A stretch of DNA of 61,702 nt, taken from a virus (taxonomy: Duplodnaviria; Caudoviricetes). Within the stretch, counting starts at the first letter, position 1, and each line of letters starts with the position of its first letter. This document shows, piece by piece, positions 19,231-27,042 of the stretch. A program made the position numbers and the translations under genes. The notes beneath the pieces are model-generated. The model was given only the letters and a program-made list of their open reading frames with translations. It had not been told where the DNA came from and did not search any database. Location of the stretch: positions 1-61,702 of IMG/VR virus record IMGVR_UViG_3300045919_000415, one strand, 5' to 3'.

Positions 19231-20697
19231 TCAGTATCCCACCTCAGTGTCCAGCACCCCGAAGCTCGGGACGGTTATGTGTCGTTGCATCTTCTGCGCC
19301 TTGACTGCGGTTGCTTCATCCTTCGTCTTCGCGAAGCGCTTCATCATGATTGCGTAGCGTGTCGCGGACAGCACGTCGTCAAATTCCTTGACCAGACGCC
19401 CATCCTTGCGGTGGTACTGCCTGAACTCATCGAACCATGGAGCGAGGTGGCTGAACACCTTGAGCCTGCCTGTCTGCATGCGGTCGAGCATCTCAGCGAT
19501 GCCGGCCTCCACGCCGTTGCTGCCGTTCTCGAACGTGGCGCGGTCCTTCAACATGTTCAAGCCTTGGTCCTTGTACAGCTGCATCAGCTGCTCACCTGAA
19601 CCCTTATCGTGTTGCAAGCCGTCGTGGGGCCATGCCACGGGATACCAGTCCCCCTTGGCACGGATCACCATCGCGTGCTCCGGGACAGATTTCTTCTTCA
19701 TCACGTACACGTCGTAGACGTACAGCGTGTCGGTGTCGCGGTCCCACGCCATCCACACGGCGGCGGTCGGGTGGTCCCACCCAAAATCGATGCCGATGAT
19801 CTTCGGCCAGTGTGCAGGGATGGCGAAGGCACCTGTCTTGATGCCCGATTCCGTCACCGGGAACACGGCGCCCTCACCCAGCATCGGCACGCCATTGGCA
19901 CGCGCTTCGCGCTCGTGCTCCGGGTATGCGGCGATGATCGATTCGCGCTGCTCCGGTGTGTAGTGCAGCGCGTCTGCAATGGTCATCTGCGTGATGTGCG
20001 TGCCGGCCGGGCGCTCCTGCATGAAGCGACGCACCACGGCCGACATGCCTAGCAGCGGCGTGAACGTCAGCGCCACGATGCCCTGCGTCGCGTTGGTCCG
20101 TGTCAGGCCTTCGGTGTACAGGTCGAGCGGCGGCTCTTCGTCGAACCACACGTAGTCCAACGTGTCCGCCTGCCACTTGGTCCTGCCTTGGTCGTACGAC
20201 TGCAACTGGATGACGCTGTCCTCGCCGCAGCTGTGGCGCACCACGATGCTGGCCACCGCGTCAGGCACGCCGGGTCGTAGCGCCGTGGACCTCAGGGCCG
20301 CCTTCGGCAGGTAGCCCGTGCCCCACTGTTCACGCTCTTCAGGTGAGCCCAGCAACAGGCGCTGAATGCCCTTCTTCGTCAGCTCGGCAGACTCTGACCC
20401 TGCCATCGACCTGATGGCGTAGGGGAAGCGTCGACCGGTCCACCACTTCGGGTACACGCCCGTGGCATGCATGGACAGCTCCGCAGCGCCGCTCACGGTC
20501 TTGCCGAGCTGATTGCCAGCGGAGAAGAGGCGCTCCCGCGCTGCTGCTCCGGCGGCATGGAACTCCACCTGCTTCGGGTAAGGCTGGTACAGCGCAAGGC
20601 GGTTCTCGCGTTGCTTCTGGTGCTTGGTCTGCAGCACCGCGAGCAGCTCGCGACGCTCAGCGGGTGTCAGGCTTGTCAGGTCAACCGACTGGCTCAC
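19231..20697 (-). CDS. terL: Terminase large subunit (P22-like)
   Basis: Walker A AGNQLGKT, Walker B VWFDEE, TFTP, nuclease GIDFG and DD.LSA.RYA. Confidence 0.95.
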   Translation of the reverse strand: MSQSVDLTSLTPAERRELLAVLQTKHQKQRENRLALYQPYPKQVEFHAAGAAARERLFSAGNQLGKTVSGAAELSMHATGVYPKWWTGRRFPYAIRSMAGSESAELTKKGIQRLLLGSPEEREQWGTGYLPKAALRSTALRPGVPDAVASIVVRHSCGEDSVIQLQSYDQGRTKWQADTLDYVWFDEEPPLDLYTEGLTRTNATQGIVALTFTPLLGMSAVVRRFMQERPAGTHITQMTIADALHYTPEQRESIIAAYPEHEREARANGVPMLGEGAVFPVTESGIKTGAFAIPAHWPKIIGIDFGWDHPTAAVWMAWDRDTDTLYVYDVYVMKKKSVPEHAMVIRAKGDWYPVAWPHDGLQHDKGSGEQLMQLYKDQGLNMLKDRATFENGSNGVEAGIAEMLDRMQTGRLKVFSHLAPWFDEFRQYHRKDGRLVKEFDDVLSATRYAIMMKRFAKTKDEATAVKAQKMQRHITVPSFGVLDTEVGY

Positions 20698-21287
20698 AGG
20701 TCCACCGTGCGGGCTTCGTCGATGATGTGCTGGTTCATCGCCTTGCCTAGCAGCTGTTGCAGCTTCAGGTCAACCTGTTCATCGGTGAGCGCCACGGTCG
20801 TGTTGACCTGCACTTCGCGTTTGGCCTTGTACACGTCGATCAGGCGCTCCACGACGAACTGCCGCGACTTGACCCGCAACGTGGCCCGCTGAATCTCGGC
20901 CATGCCTGCCTTGGCTGGCAGGTCGTCACCAATGCTGATGATTTCCTCTGCGTATGCCTGCGCACGTCGGCCCAATGCGTTGACGTAGCGGCCATACATC
21001 GCCGGGTCGGCGTCGCACATGTCGTTGAACGCATCCGCTGTGAGCCCATGCGTGCGGCACGATTCAGCCAGCGTCGCGCCCTCGCCGATGCTCTTGCACA
21101 CCTTTTCGACCCACTCGGCGCGCTCTTCCACGGCGAAGTCCATGAGGCGTGAGCGCATGCGCTCTTGCAGCGACTTGCCCACCTGTACGCGTCGTGCTTT
21201 CTTCAGCGATGGCGGCGCACCAGTGAGCGGTGACACCGTGGTGAGCGTGTCCCCTGCGTTAGCTTGGCTGTGGGCGTGCTTGGCCAT
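20694..21287 (-). CDS. terS: Terminase small subunit (Sf6 gp1-like)
   Basis: HTH plus AEEIISIGDD...IQRATLRV..RQF; immediately upstream of terL. Confidence 0.75.
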   Translation of the reverse strand: MAKHAHSQANAGDTLTTVSPLTGAPPSLKKARRVQVGKSLQERMRSRLMDFAVEERAEWVEKVCKSIGEGATLAESCRTHGLTADAFNDMCDADPAMYGRYVNALGRRAQAYAEEIISIGDDLPAKAGMAEIQRATLRVKSRQFVVERLIDVYKAKREVQVNTTVALTDEQVDLKLQQLLGKAMNQHIIDEARTVDL

Positions 21288-21297
21288 GTTGCGACGC

Positions 21298-21483
21298 TTA
21301 AATCTTCCCAGGCTTCACATCGGCCGTGAACCCGGGAATGTTTTTCAGCGCGCCGGTGCCTTTGCCTGCTTCGACGGGATAGCTGTCCGCCGGAATCTTC
21401 TGCGTGGGGATGCTGACCTTGCCGTCCACTACACCTTTGGTGCTGGGGTTGCGGCTGGCCTTGGGGCTTGAGAAGTTCTGCAT
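21298..21483 (-). CDS. Small basic hypothetical protein
   Basis: 61 aa with GAGG RBS. Confidence 0.55.
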   Translation of the reverse strand: MQNFSSPKASRNPSTKGVVDGKVSIPTQKIPADSYPVEAGKGTGALKNIPGFTADVKPGKI

Positions 21484-21510
21484 GGTTGCCTCTGTGTAGG
21501 TGTTGCGGGG

Positions 21511-21951
21511 TTAAACCTGTGAGCCCGGGGCGACGATGCTGCGTGTCTGCCCTTGGCGCTTTTTCGCTTCCTGTTGCCACATCGTGGACATGTCGGGAAT
21601 GTCAGCACTGTCACTGGCGCCTTCGCCTTGATCCTCGGCGCCGGTGTCGCCGGCTTCGGTGTCTTCGTCGGCAGCGGACTCGTTTTGCTCCGTGCCATTG
21701 ACGCACTCGGTGATTTCCTCGAGCGCCTCGTCGAGCGATGCGGCGTCTTCGTCGCAGAGCACTTGACCCTTGAGCGTGACCATGACGTGACAGCTGCCAT
21801 CGGTGCCGACGTGGATGATCGCCTTGTAGGTGCCCGGCTGCGCGCTGCCTTGGCTTTGATCTGCATCTGTCTGTGCGCCTGCACTCGGATCAGCCGGCGT
21901 AGGGGCTGCGCTGGCGGATGACTGTGCCGCTTGATCGAAGGGGCTTGACAT
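21511..21951 (-). CDS. Acidic hypothetical protein (first gene of late operon)
   Basis: ATG 21951 with AAGGA RBS. Confidence 0.55.
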   Translation of the reverse strand: MSSPFDQAAQSSASAAPTPADPSAGAQTDADQSQGSAQPGTYKAIIHVGTDGSCHVMVTLKGQVLCDEDAASLDEALEEITECVNGTEQNESAADEDTEAGDTGAEDQGEGASDSADIPDMSTMWQQEAKKRQGQTRSIVAPGSQV

Positions 21952-22072
21952 GTGGGTTCCTTGGGTTCTGTTCACGTTTGCCCGCTGTTCATGGAACGTG
22001 AACAGCGCGGGGAAGTGAACACTTTGTGAGGCGTGGAGGCTGGGAAATGCAGACGAAATTCGGGCGAGGTCG

Positions 22073-22101
22073 ATGATAGCTTGTGAGGCTAGCAAGCACA
22101 A
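22073..22101 (-). promoter_or_regulatory. Putative sigma70 late promoter
   Basis: TTGTGC-17 nt-TATCAT on the minus strand upstream of the structural operon. Confidence 0.5.
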
Positions 22102-22130
22102 GTGGGCGAAACATGCAAGGAAAATTGTAT

Positions 22131-22196
22131 TAGGGTTTACCCTTATACTGTTACAACATTTTACAATTTATTCCTGCAAAACCTAGGGTTTACCCT
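22131..22196. promoter_or_regulatory. Two TAGGGTTTACCCT dyad boxes (22131-22143, 22184-22196)
   Basis: Identical 13-mers containing AGGGT-N2-ACCCT, 53 bp apart, in the AT-rich divergent intergenic region. Confidence 0.6.
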
Positions 22197-22225
22197 GTAG
22201 ACGTCGATGTCTACACCTGTAGAAT
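22196..22225 (+). promoter_or_regulatory. Putative early promoter with overlapping operator
   Basis: TAGACG-16 nt-TAGAAT; near-perfect palindrome TGTAGACGTCGATGTCTACA at 22196-22215. Confidence 0.5.
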
Positions 22226-22240
22226 TCGAGCTTCAGTACC

Positions 22241-22423
22241 GCAGTTCAGCAACACGCAGTGACCTGATGTCGACAGGGAATTCGACAGAGTAGGTTGGCT
22301 GGTTTGTGTCAACGTACTCGACGGCTTGGACTACGAGGGATGCAGCGCCCCGTACGATGCCCGACTGGACCACCGGCTCACGCCGCCGGTGACGCATCAC
22401 TACACTGCCTGTTGCTGAGCTGC
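22241..22423 (+). ncRNA. Structured multibranch 5' leader RNA of the early operon
   Basis: 29-nt arms 22241-22269 and 22395-22423 pair (25 pairs including one G-U) and enclose several hairpins. Confidence 0.6.
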
Positions 22424-22463
22424 GTTGCTCAACACCTCCTCCCCCTACCTATGGAGCAATGCC

Positions 22464-22904
22464 ATGAACACTGTCGATATCACCGCCGCACACGTTGAAT
22501 CCCTGAAGGCCCGCCTCAAGGCTGCGAAGGACGAGCAGAAGGCTGCCGTGACTGAAGCCAAGGTGCATGCCAAGGCGCTCGCTGCAGCGAACAAAGCTGC
22601 AGACGCCGCAGGCAAGAAGGTCGGCAAGCAGGCTGTCGTGATCAGCAACCTGACCGCGCAACTCGCCGCCCTCAACAATGCCATGAACAATGCCGATATC
22701 ATCGCCGCACACATTGAATCCTTGAAGGCTTGGTGTCTTTCGAACTACGAACACGGCGCCGACGTGATGGTCGAATGCTGGGCCGATGAGGACTTCCGAT
22801 CGCTGCTCGCCTCATCAACGGACTACGCCGACGCGTTGTCCACCCTGATGGGCGTGGCTGCGGTCTACCGTGATCAGCGAGCCGACGCTCGCAACTCTTG
22901 GTAG
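22464..22904 (+). CDS. Early protein with duplicated N-terminal module
   Basis: GGAG RBS; MNTVDITAAHVESLKA repeated internally as MNNADIIAAHIESLKA. Confidence 0.7.
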   Translation: MNTVDITAAHVESLKARLKAAKDEQKAAVTEAKVHAKALAAANKAADAAGKKVGKQAVVISNLTAQLAALNNAMNNADIIAAHIESLKAWCLSNYEHGADVMVECWADEDFRSLLASSTDYADALSTLMGVAAVYRDQRADARNSW

Positions 22905-22907
22905 TCA

Positions 22908-22959
22908 GGACGAAACCGCCGGGAGGCGGTCCGCACGTGACGCGTGCGCTGATGAGTCC
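22908..22959 (+). ncRNA. Type II hammerhead ribozyme HHR1 (predicted cleavage after C22931)
   Basis: GGAC-GAAA-CCGCC(GGGA)GGCGG-TC-CGCACG(TGACG)CGTGCG-CTGATGA-GTCC. Confidence 0.93.
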
Positions 22960-22985
22960 AGCAGCACTCACTCTGGGGCAATGTC

Positions 22986-23216
22986 ATGAAATTCTGGGTC
23001 ATTCAAAACGCTCAAGGCAGCCCTTGTGGCTGCGAGCTCACGAAGGCGGCTGCAATCGAAACCGCGCGCAAAGAGGGGAACAGCGGCTTCTCGCTCCGTT
23101 GGTTGGATATCCCCGTGTCGAGCGAATCTATCCGACTCATCCTCGGAAACGGCGGTGGCTACGCCAACGAAGTGGGTAGAACGGAAGATTTCGATCCGGT
23201 GGGAGAATCAAAGTGA
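22986..23216 (+). CDS. Hypothetical early protein
   Basis: 76 aa, first gene after HHR1. Confidence 0.65.
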   Translation: MKFWVIQNAQGSPCGCELTKAAAIETARKEGNSGFSLRWLDIPVSSESIRLILGNGGGYANEVGRTEDFDPVGESK

Positions 23217-23392
23217 ACGGTTACATCTGTTTTTACAAAGACAAACGTGTTGAAGTCCACGCCGACTCAGCGTATGCGGCGCAGTGTGCGGTCGCTAAAG
23301 CTCTTCGCGTGTCCGATAAGAACCGCTGGAAAATCACCGTTTGTCTTGCCGAACGCTCAACTGGTGAGACCGTCGTGCACACTTTTCAATGA
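23213..23392 (+). CDS. Small early protein (59 aa, not in the ORF track)
   Basis: GTG start with GGGAG RBS: MNGYICFYKDKRVEVHADSAYAAQ...ETVVHTFQ. Confidence 0.7.
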   Translation: MNGYICFYKDKRVEVHADSAYAAQCAVAKALRVSDKNRWKITVCLAERSTGETVVHTFQ

Positions 23393-23401
23393 GGAACCAA
23401 A

Positions 23402-23680
23402 ATGAACGCCGTCCAATATCGTAAATATCGTAAGACGTGCATGACCCTTGCCGGCAAGATCGCCGAACAGATCGCCGCCCTCCCCGAGGCTGAGCGCTTC
23501 GGTGCGATCGTCGGAATTTTCAAGGCGGCCAGCAAGTCACCATCCCTTCGGGGTGACGTGTTCTGGACGCTCGACAACGAGCCCGGCCACTGGGATCACC
23601 TGAAGGGTTGGCACGGCGTGTTGCGCCAAGTGCGCAACACGCCGAGCGAAGGCACCAAGCTTTTCGCTCTGTTTTCGTAA
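23402..23680 (+). CDS. Hypothetical early protein
   Basis: 92 aa, GAGGA RBS; stop abuts HHR2. Confidence 0.65.
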   Translation: MNAVQYRKYRKTCMTLAGKIAEQIAALPEAERFGAIVGIFKAASKSPSLRGDVFWTLDNEPGHWDHLKGWHGVLRQVRNTPSEGTKLFALFS

Positions 23681-23683
23681 TCA

Positions 23684-23735
23684 GGACGAAACCGCCGGGA
23701 GGCGGTCCGCACGTGACGCGTGCGCTGATGAGTCC
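23684..23735 (+). ncRNA. Type II hammerhead ribozyme HHR2 (cleavage after C23707)
   Basis: Identical to HHR1. Confidence 0.93.
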
Positions 23736-23760
23736 AGAAGCACTCGCCTGGAGCAATGCC

Positions 23761-24234
23761 ATGTTTTCTTTCCCTCTTCACCCGAATGTCAGCGCTGGTG
23801 ACCTGAATGTTTTGGACCGGTTCCAAAAAAATCCGGCAGGATACAAATCCAGCACGGGCTGGTGCATTTTGTCGGCGTTTCGCAAGAGCAGCACGGGCTC
23901 GCAAAACGTGTTTGCCAGCACAGCGCTGGCGTACCTGCTGACCGCGCAGGGATACGCGTTTGATCGCACGGTCGGTGTGTACGAAGGCGAAGACCCTGAG
24001 CCCGGGTATCTGATCATTTGCGACAAGGCCAAGGCTATCTTCCTCGGTCACGGTCTCGGGCAAGAGTCGGTGTTAACGTCCGATGGGCTGGTGTATACGG
24101 ACAACAGCGGCCGAGACCCGGTGCCGTTCGACCACGGTCACACCGACCTGCTGGGCGCAGCTGCGGAGCGGGAGCCTTTTTATACCCACTTCCCGACGAC
24201 TGGGGTGTCGTGGTCTGCTCACCTGTTGTTTTAA
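23761..24234 (+). CDS. SAM lyase (T3 SAMase-like) anti-restriction protein
   Basis: ILSAFR...N...GVYEG...E...GQESVL...GLVY...FYT mirrors T3 SAMase motifs (VSAFR, GCYRE, EE, EQDCVL, GLVY). Confidence 0.72.
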   Translation: MFSFPLHPNVSAGDLNVLDRFQKNPAGYKSSTGWCILSAFRKSSTGSQNVFASTALAYLLTAQGYAFDRTVGVYEGEDPEPGYLIICDKAKAIFLGHGLGQESVLTSDGLVYTDNSGRDPVPFDHGHTDLLGAAAEREPFYTHFPTTGVSWSAHLLF

Positions 24235-24238
24235 GCAA

Positions 24239-24290
24239 GGACGAAACCGCCGCGAGGCGGTCCGCACGTAACGCGTGCGCTGATGAGTCC
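24239..24290 (+). ncRNA. Type II hammerhead ribozyme HHR3 (cleavage after C24262)
   Basis: GGAC-GAAA-CCGCC(GCGA)GGCGG-TC-CGCACG(TAACG)CGTGCG-CTGATGA-GTCC. Confidence 0.93.
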
Positions 24291-24313
24291 AGACCGACTT
24301 TAGGAGAATCAAA

Positions 24314-24601
24314 ATGCGTGGATATGAAGACATCGTGGCCGGCAACGCTCGCGCCCAATCCCTCGGGATCGAACTGCCGGCAGGCGCCATCGGCACCGAC
24401 CCCCTGCAGTCCAAGGGCCACAGCGCCGTGCAAGGCGGCCTGCGTGGCCACTCGTTGGGCCACGATTACCCGTTCACGGTCAGCAAGATCGGCGATCGCT
24501 ATCAAGCCTATCACTGCTTGCACCCGGAACAGTCGGGCCCGGCAGTCGACACCTACGCGGAGGCGAAGGCCTTCATCGCCGCCGCGCATCTGGGGCATTA
24601 A
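24314..24601 (+). CDS. Hypothetical early protein (single-gene cassette)
   Basis: 95 aa, AGGAG RBS, between HHR3 and HHR4. Confidence 0.7.
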   Translation: MRGYEDIVAGNARAQSLGIELPAGAIGTDPLQSKGHSAVQGGLRGHSLGHDYPFTVSKIGDRYQAYHCLHPEQSGPAVDTYAEAKAFIAAAHLGH

Positions 24602-24605
24602 GCAA

Positions 24606-24657
24606 GGACGAAACGCCCGCGAGGGCGTCTGCCGGTTTCGCCGGCACTGATGAGTCC
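24606..24657 (+). ncRNA. Type II hammerhead ribozyme HHR4 (cleavage after C24629)
   Basis: GGAC-GAAA-CGCCC(GCGA)GGGCG-TC-TGCCGG(TTTCG)CCGGCA-CTGATGA-GTCC; compensatory changes in stems I and III. Confidence 0.93.
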
Positions 24658-24677
24658 AGCTCGACTTTTAGGAGAGA

Positions 24678-25031
24678 ATGATGGCAAAGATTACGAACAA
24701 ACAAGTGCGCAGCGCCGTGGAGTCCCGCACGGAATTCAGCAATAAAACCGGCTCGTTGTACGGCGGCTGGCCTTACCCGGGCGTCTATGCCGTGAACAGC
24801 TACGGTCCGTGGTGGCCCCTGTTGGTGTACGTAGAGGCCGAAACCCAATGGTATGTCAACGTGACCCATCACAGCGCTACCACCAATCTGCACCGCAAGG
24901 CCGCATACCCGCGCAGCGAGAAGCCAATCATCGAGCTCACGTTGTCGGAAATCGATTCGTTGCTGGACGGCTTTCATGCGGCCGACTGTGACGCTCGCAA
25001 TGCCCGTAACGCCGCACGGGGGGAAGCATGA
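24678..25031 (+). CDS. Hypothetical early protein
   Basis: 117 aa, YAVNSYG..WPL...HSATT..H motif. Confidence 0.7.
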   Translation: MMAKITNKQVRSAVESRTEFSNKTGSLYGGWPYPGVYAVNSYGPWWPLLVYVEAETQWYVNVTHHSATTNLHRKAAYPRSEKPIIELTLSEIDSLLDGFHAADCDARNARNAARGEA

Positions 25032-25360
25032 AACTGCTCAACGCTTTTTCCCTTTCGATGCTGCCCGAATTCCGGGGCCGCGTCACCGTAGTGCGGCTCA
25101 CGCTGGAGGATGTCAAGCTCGACTTCGACGAAGAGCCGATAGAGTCTTTCGTTGGACACGCGGATACCGCCGCATTGTTTTCCGCCCTGATTGGCAAGGA
25201 AGTCGCTTGCCGTCGGGAGTCGGTCACCCTTCAGCCGGGAGAGCAGGTTTGGGTGGGCCAGTACACCGGCCCGCGTTTGCCAGAAGGCAGCAAGACGCTG
25301 CCGGAAGGCGCAAGCGTCGAATGGCTGTTTGTCACCGTCGACCGCGTCAACGAATCGTAG
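25028..25360 (+). CDS. acrIII-1: AcrIII-1-family viral ring nuclease (DUF1874, STIV B116-like)
   Basis: LLNAFSLSML, SFVGHADTA, RxxVTL.PG, GPRLPEG family motifs including the GH catalytic His. Confidence 0.85.
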   Translation: MKLLNAFSLSMLPEFRGRVTVVRLTLEDVKLDFDEEPIESFVGHADTAALFSALIGKEVACRRESVTLQPGEQVWVGQYTGPRLPEGSKTLPEGASVEWLFVTVDRVNES

Positions 25361-25369
25361 GAGATTTGA

Positions 25370-25744
25370 ATGAAAACATACATCAATTCATATTTTGGCC
25401 AGATCAAGGGTGTTTATTTGTCACCTGCTGATGCTGGATTCGGATTCGCCGAAAGGGCTATTGCGTACCTGTCCACTGATGGGACGTTTCTTGGTTACGA
25501 ATACCAGGATATAAAGAAGTACAACTCATACGAGCGTCAAATGCTCGTTGTTGGCAGGGCCCGTGTAGGAACCCAGTTGGATGATGAGCGCCGAGGAGCA
25601 GAGTTGTCTGTAGAAGTTAAGGATAAGTTGTCTTCGGCCCTCAAGGCCGCTCAAGATGAGCAACAAAGGAAGATTGCTGAAGAACTTGCGCAATTGAATG
25701 CGCAGACTTTCGATGTTTATGGCAACGAGGTTAATAATGGATGA
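25370..25744 (+). CDS. Hypothetical protein, lower GC
   Basis: 124 aa, AGGAG RBS. Confidence 0.65.
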   Translation: MKTYINSYFGQIKGVYLSPADAGFGFAERAIAYLSTDGTFLGYEYQDIKKYNSYERQMLVVGRARVGTQLDDERRGAELSVEVKDKLSSALKAAQDEQQRKIAEELAQLNAQTFDVYGNEVNNG

Positions 25745-25922
25745 ACCCATCGTTTTGCGGGCAAAGGAAGCCACTGTTTCAATGTCTCCAATGGATAATT
25801 TTGACGACACTTTTTTCGTCAGCATCGGAAATCCGGGATGTTCCATTTATTTCGGCCTGACTGAAGCGGAGTTGCGCAAGTTGCTGGACAACATCAACAA
25901 GCTGTTGGAGGTGTCGGCATGA
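25737..25922 (+). CDS. Hypothetical protein
   Basis: ATG 25737 with GAGG RBS. Confidence 0.55.
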   Translation: MDEPIVLRAKEATVSMSPMDNFDDTFFVSIGNPGCSIYFGLTEAELRKLLDNINKLLEVSA

Positions 25923-26116
25923 TTACCGACAACGACGGATACCTGTTTAGCCGTGATCCTGACGCGCCGGTCATTGCTGAGCGACTTGAACACGCGATGT
26001 GGGCATTGCAAGGGGCACTCAGCGCGATTCCTGCCGGTCATCCAGAGCGCCAGAAGATCGAGCGCGAACTCGAAATGATCGACGCCACCCTCGCCAAAGC
26101 ACGGGGGCAAGCATGA
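25919..26116 (+). CDS. Hypothetical protein
   Basis: 65 aa, GGAGG RBS, ATGA coupling. Confidence 0.6.
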   Translation: MITDNDGYLFSRDPDAPVIAERLEHAMWALQGALSAIPAGHPERQKIERELEMIDATLAKARGQA

Positions 26117-26223
26117 GACGCCTCTGGCCCGAAGTTCTCGCCTGCCTTTGCTTTGTTCTGTCGCCGATCCTGTTCGCTTGGCTGGCGATGTGCCTCGCCG
26201 AAATCGCACGCGGCACCTATTAA
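26113..26223 (+). CDS. 36-aa single-TM membrane peptide
   Basis: MRRLWPEVLACLCFVLSPILFAWLAMCLAEIARGTY; its TAA abuts HHR5. Confidence 0.55.
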   Translation: MRRLWPEVLACLCFVLSPILFAWLAMCLAEIARGTY

Positions 26224-26275
26224 GGACGAAACGCCCGCGAGGGCGTCCGCACGTGACGCGTGCGCTGATGAGTCC
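26224..26275 (+). ncRNA. Type II hammerhead ribozyme HHR5 (cleavage after C26247)
   Basis: GGAC-GAAA-CGCCC(GCGA)GGGCG-TC-CGCACG(TGACG)CGTGCG-CTGATGA-GTCC. Confidence 0.93.
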
Positions 26276-26293
26276 CACTTTTTACTGGAGGAA

Positions 26294-26743
26294 ATGATGG
26301 AACGCTATATCGACCCGGGCGTTGAACAGACGCCCGAATACTACGGCACGCTGCAAGCGATGCCTAACCCCTACTTCATCCCTGCGTGGGTGGTGCATAC
26401 CTTCACGATGTCATGCGGCGCCCCGGTGTGGATCGGGCACGCCGGCAACAAGCCGCCGCACGAAACGTACACGCTGTCCGAGGCCGAAGTGGAGCTCATG
26501 ATCGAGCACAAGGGCGACACCAACACCCTGTCCCGGTTGGTGCGTGATGGGCTCGCTCGCCGTGAACAGGCCTACAACGCCATGCAGGACGCCAAGGCGG
26601 CGTGGATGAGGGCGCCACTGGACGATGCCTCTACACGATTTTTATTGGCACGTTTCCAACAGCTCAGGGCGCTTTACTACCTCGACTTCACATCCCGCCA
26701 AAAGAACGTTTTTGTGGTTGGCGAACGGCAGACATACCCGTGA
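26294..26743 (+). CDS. Hypothetical early protein
   Basis: GGAGG RBS, first gene after HHR5. Confidence 0.65.
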   Translation: MMERYIDPGVEQTPEYYGTLQAMPNPYFIPAWVVHTFTMSCGAPVWIGHAGNKPPHETYTLSEAEVELMIEHKGDTNTLSRLVRDGLARREQAYNAMQDAKAAWMRAPLDDASTRFLLARFQQLRALYYLDFTSRQKNVFVVGERQTYP

Positions 26744-27042
26744 GAACCTACGCCCCCCGCCAACAGTCGCAGTTCGGGGCCAATGCGGCGCGTGCCCACG
26801 GTCCGCTGTACACGACCCAAGAGCTCGCGCTCGCACTGTCCAGCGTCACGCCGGGTTTGACCATGCGTGAGCTCACCTGCTTCATCATGAAACACGCCGA
26901 CACCGTGCCCGCACCGTCGACGCTTTACACCTCGCAGCGTGGCGCCGTCAAGTATTACCCGCTGCACTCATTCATTCGTTGGTACAAGGAAACCTTATGC
27001 AAATCGACCGCGCCTACAGCTGGGCACAAACCGAGCGAATAG
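26740..27042 (+). CDS. Excisionase/AlpA-like winged-HTH protein
   Basis: YTTQELA...P.P...KYYP...FIRWY pattern. Confidence 0.45.
   Translation: MRTYAPRQQSQFGANAARAHGPLYTTQELALALSSVTPGLTMRELTCFIMKHADTVPAPSTLYTSQRGAVKYYPLHSFIRWYKETLCKSTAPTAGHKPSE

Noticed and set aside
22264-22290. Seventh hammerhead in the leader (CTGATG)
   Set aside because: Reads CTGATGT, lacks A9 and a matching GAAA/stem arrangement; bases are used in the long helix
22908-22959. Repeats as rho-independent terminators or REP elements
   Set aside because: No U-tract; conserved unpaired CTGATGA, GAAA and TC positions match a catalytic core
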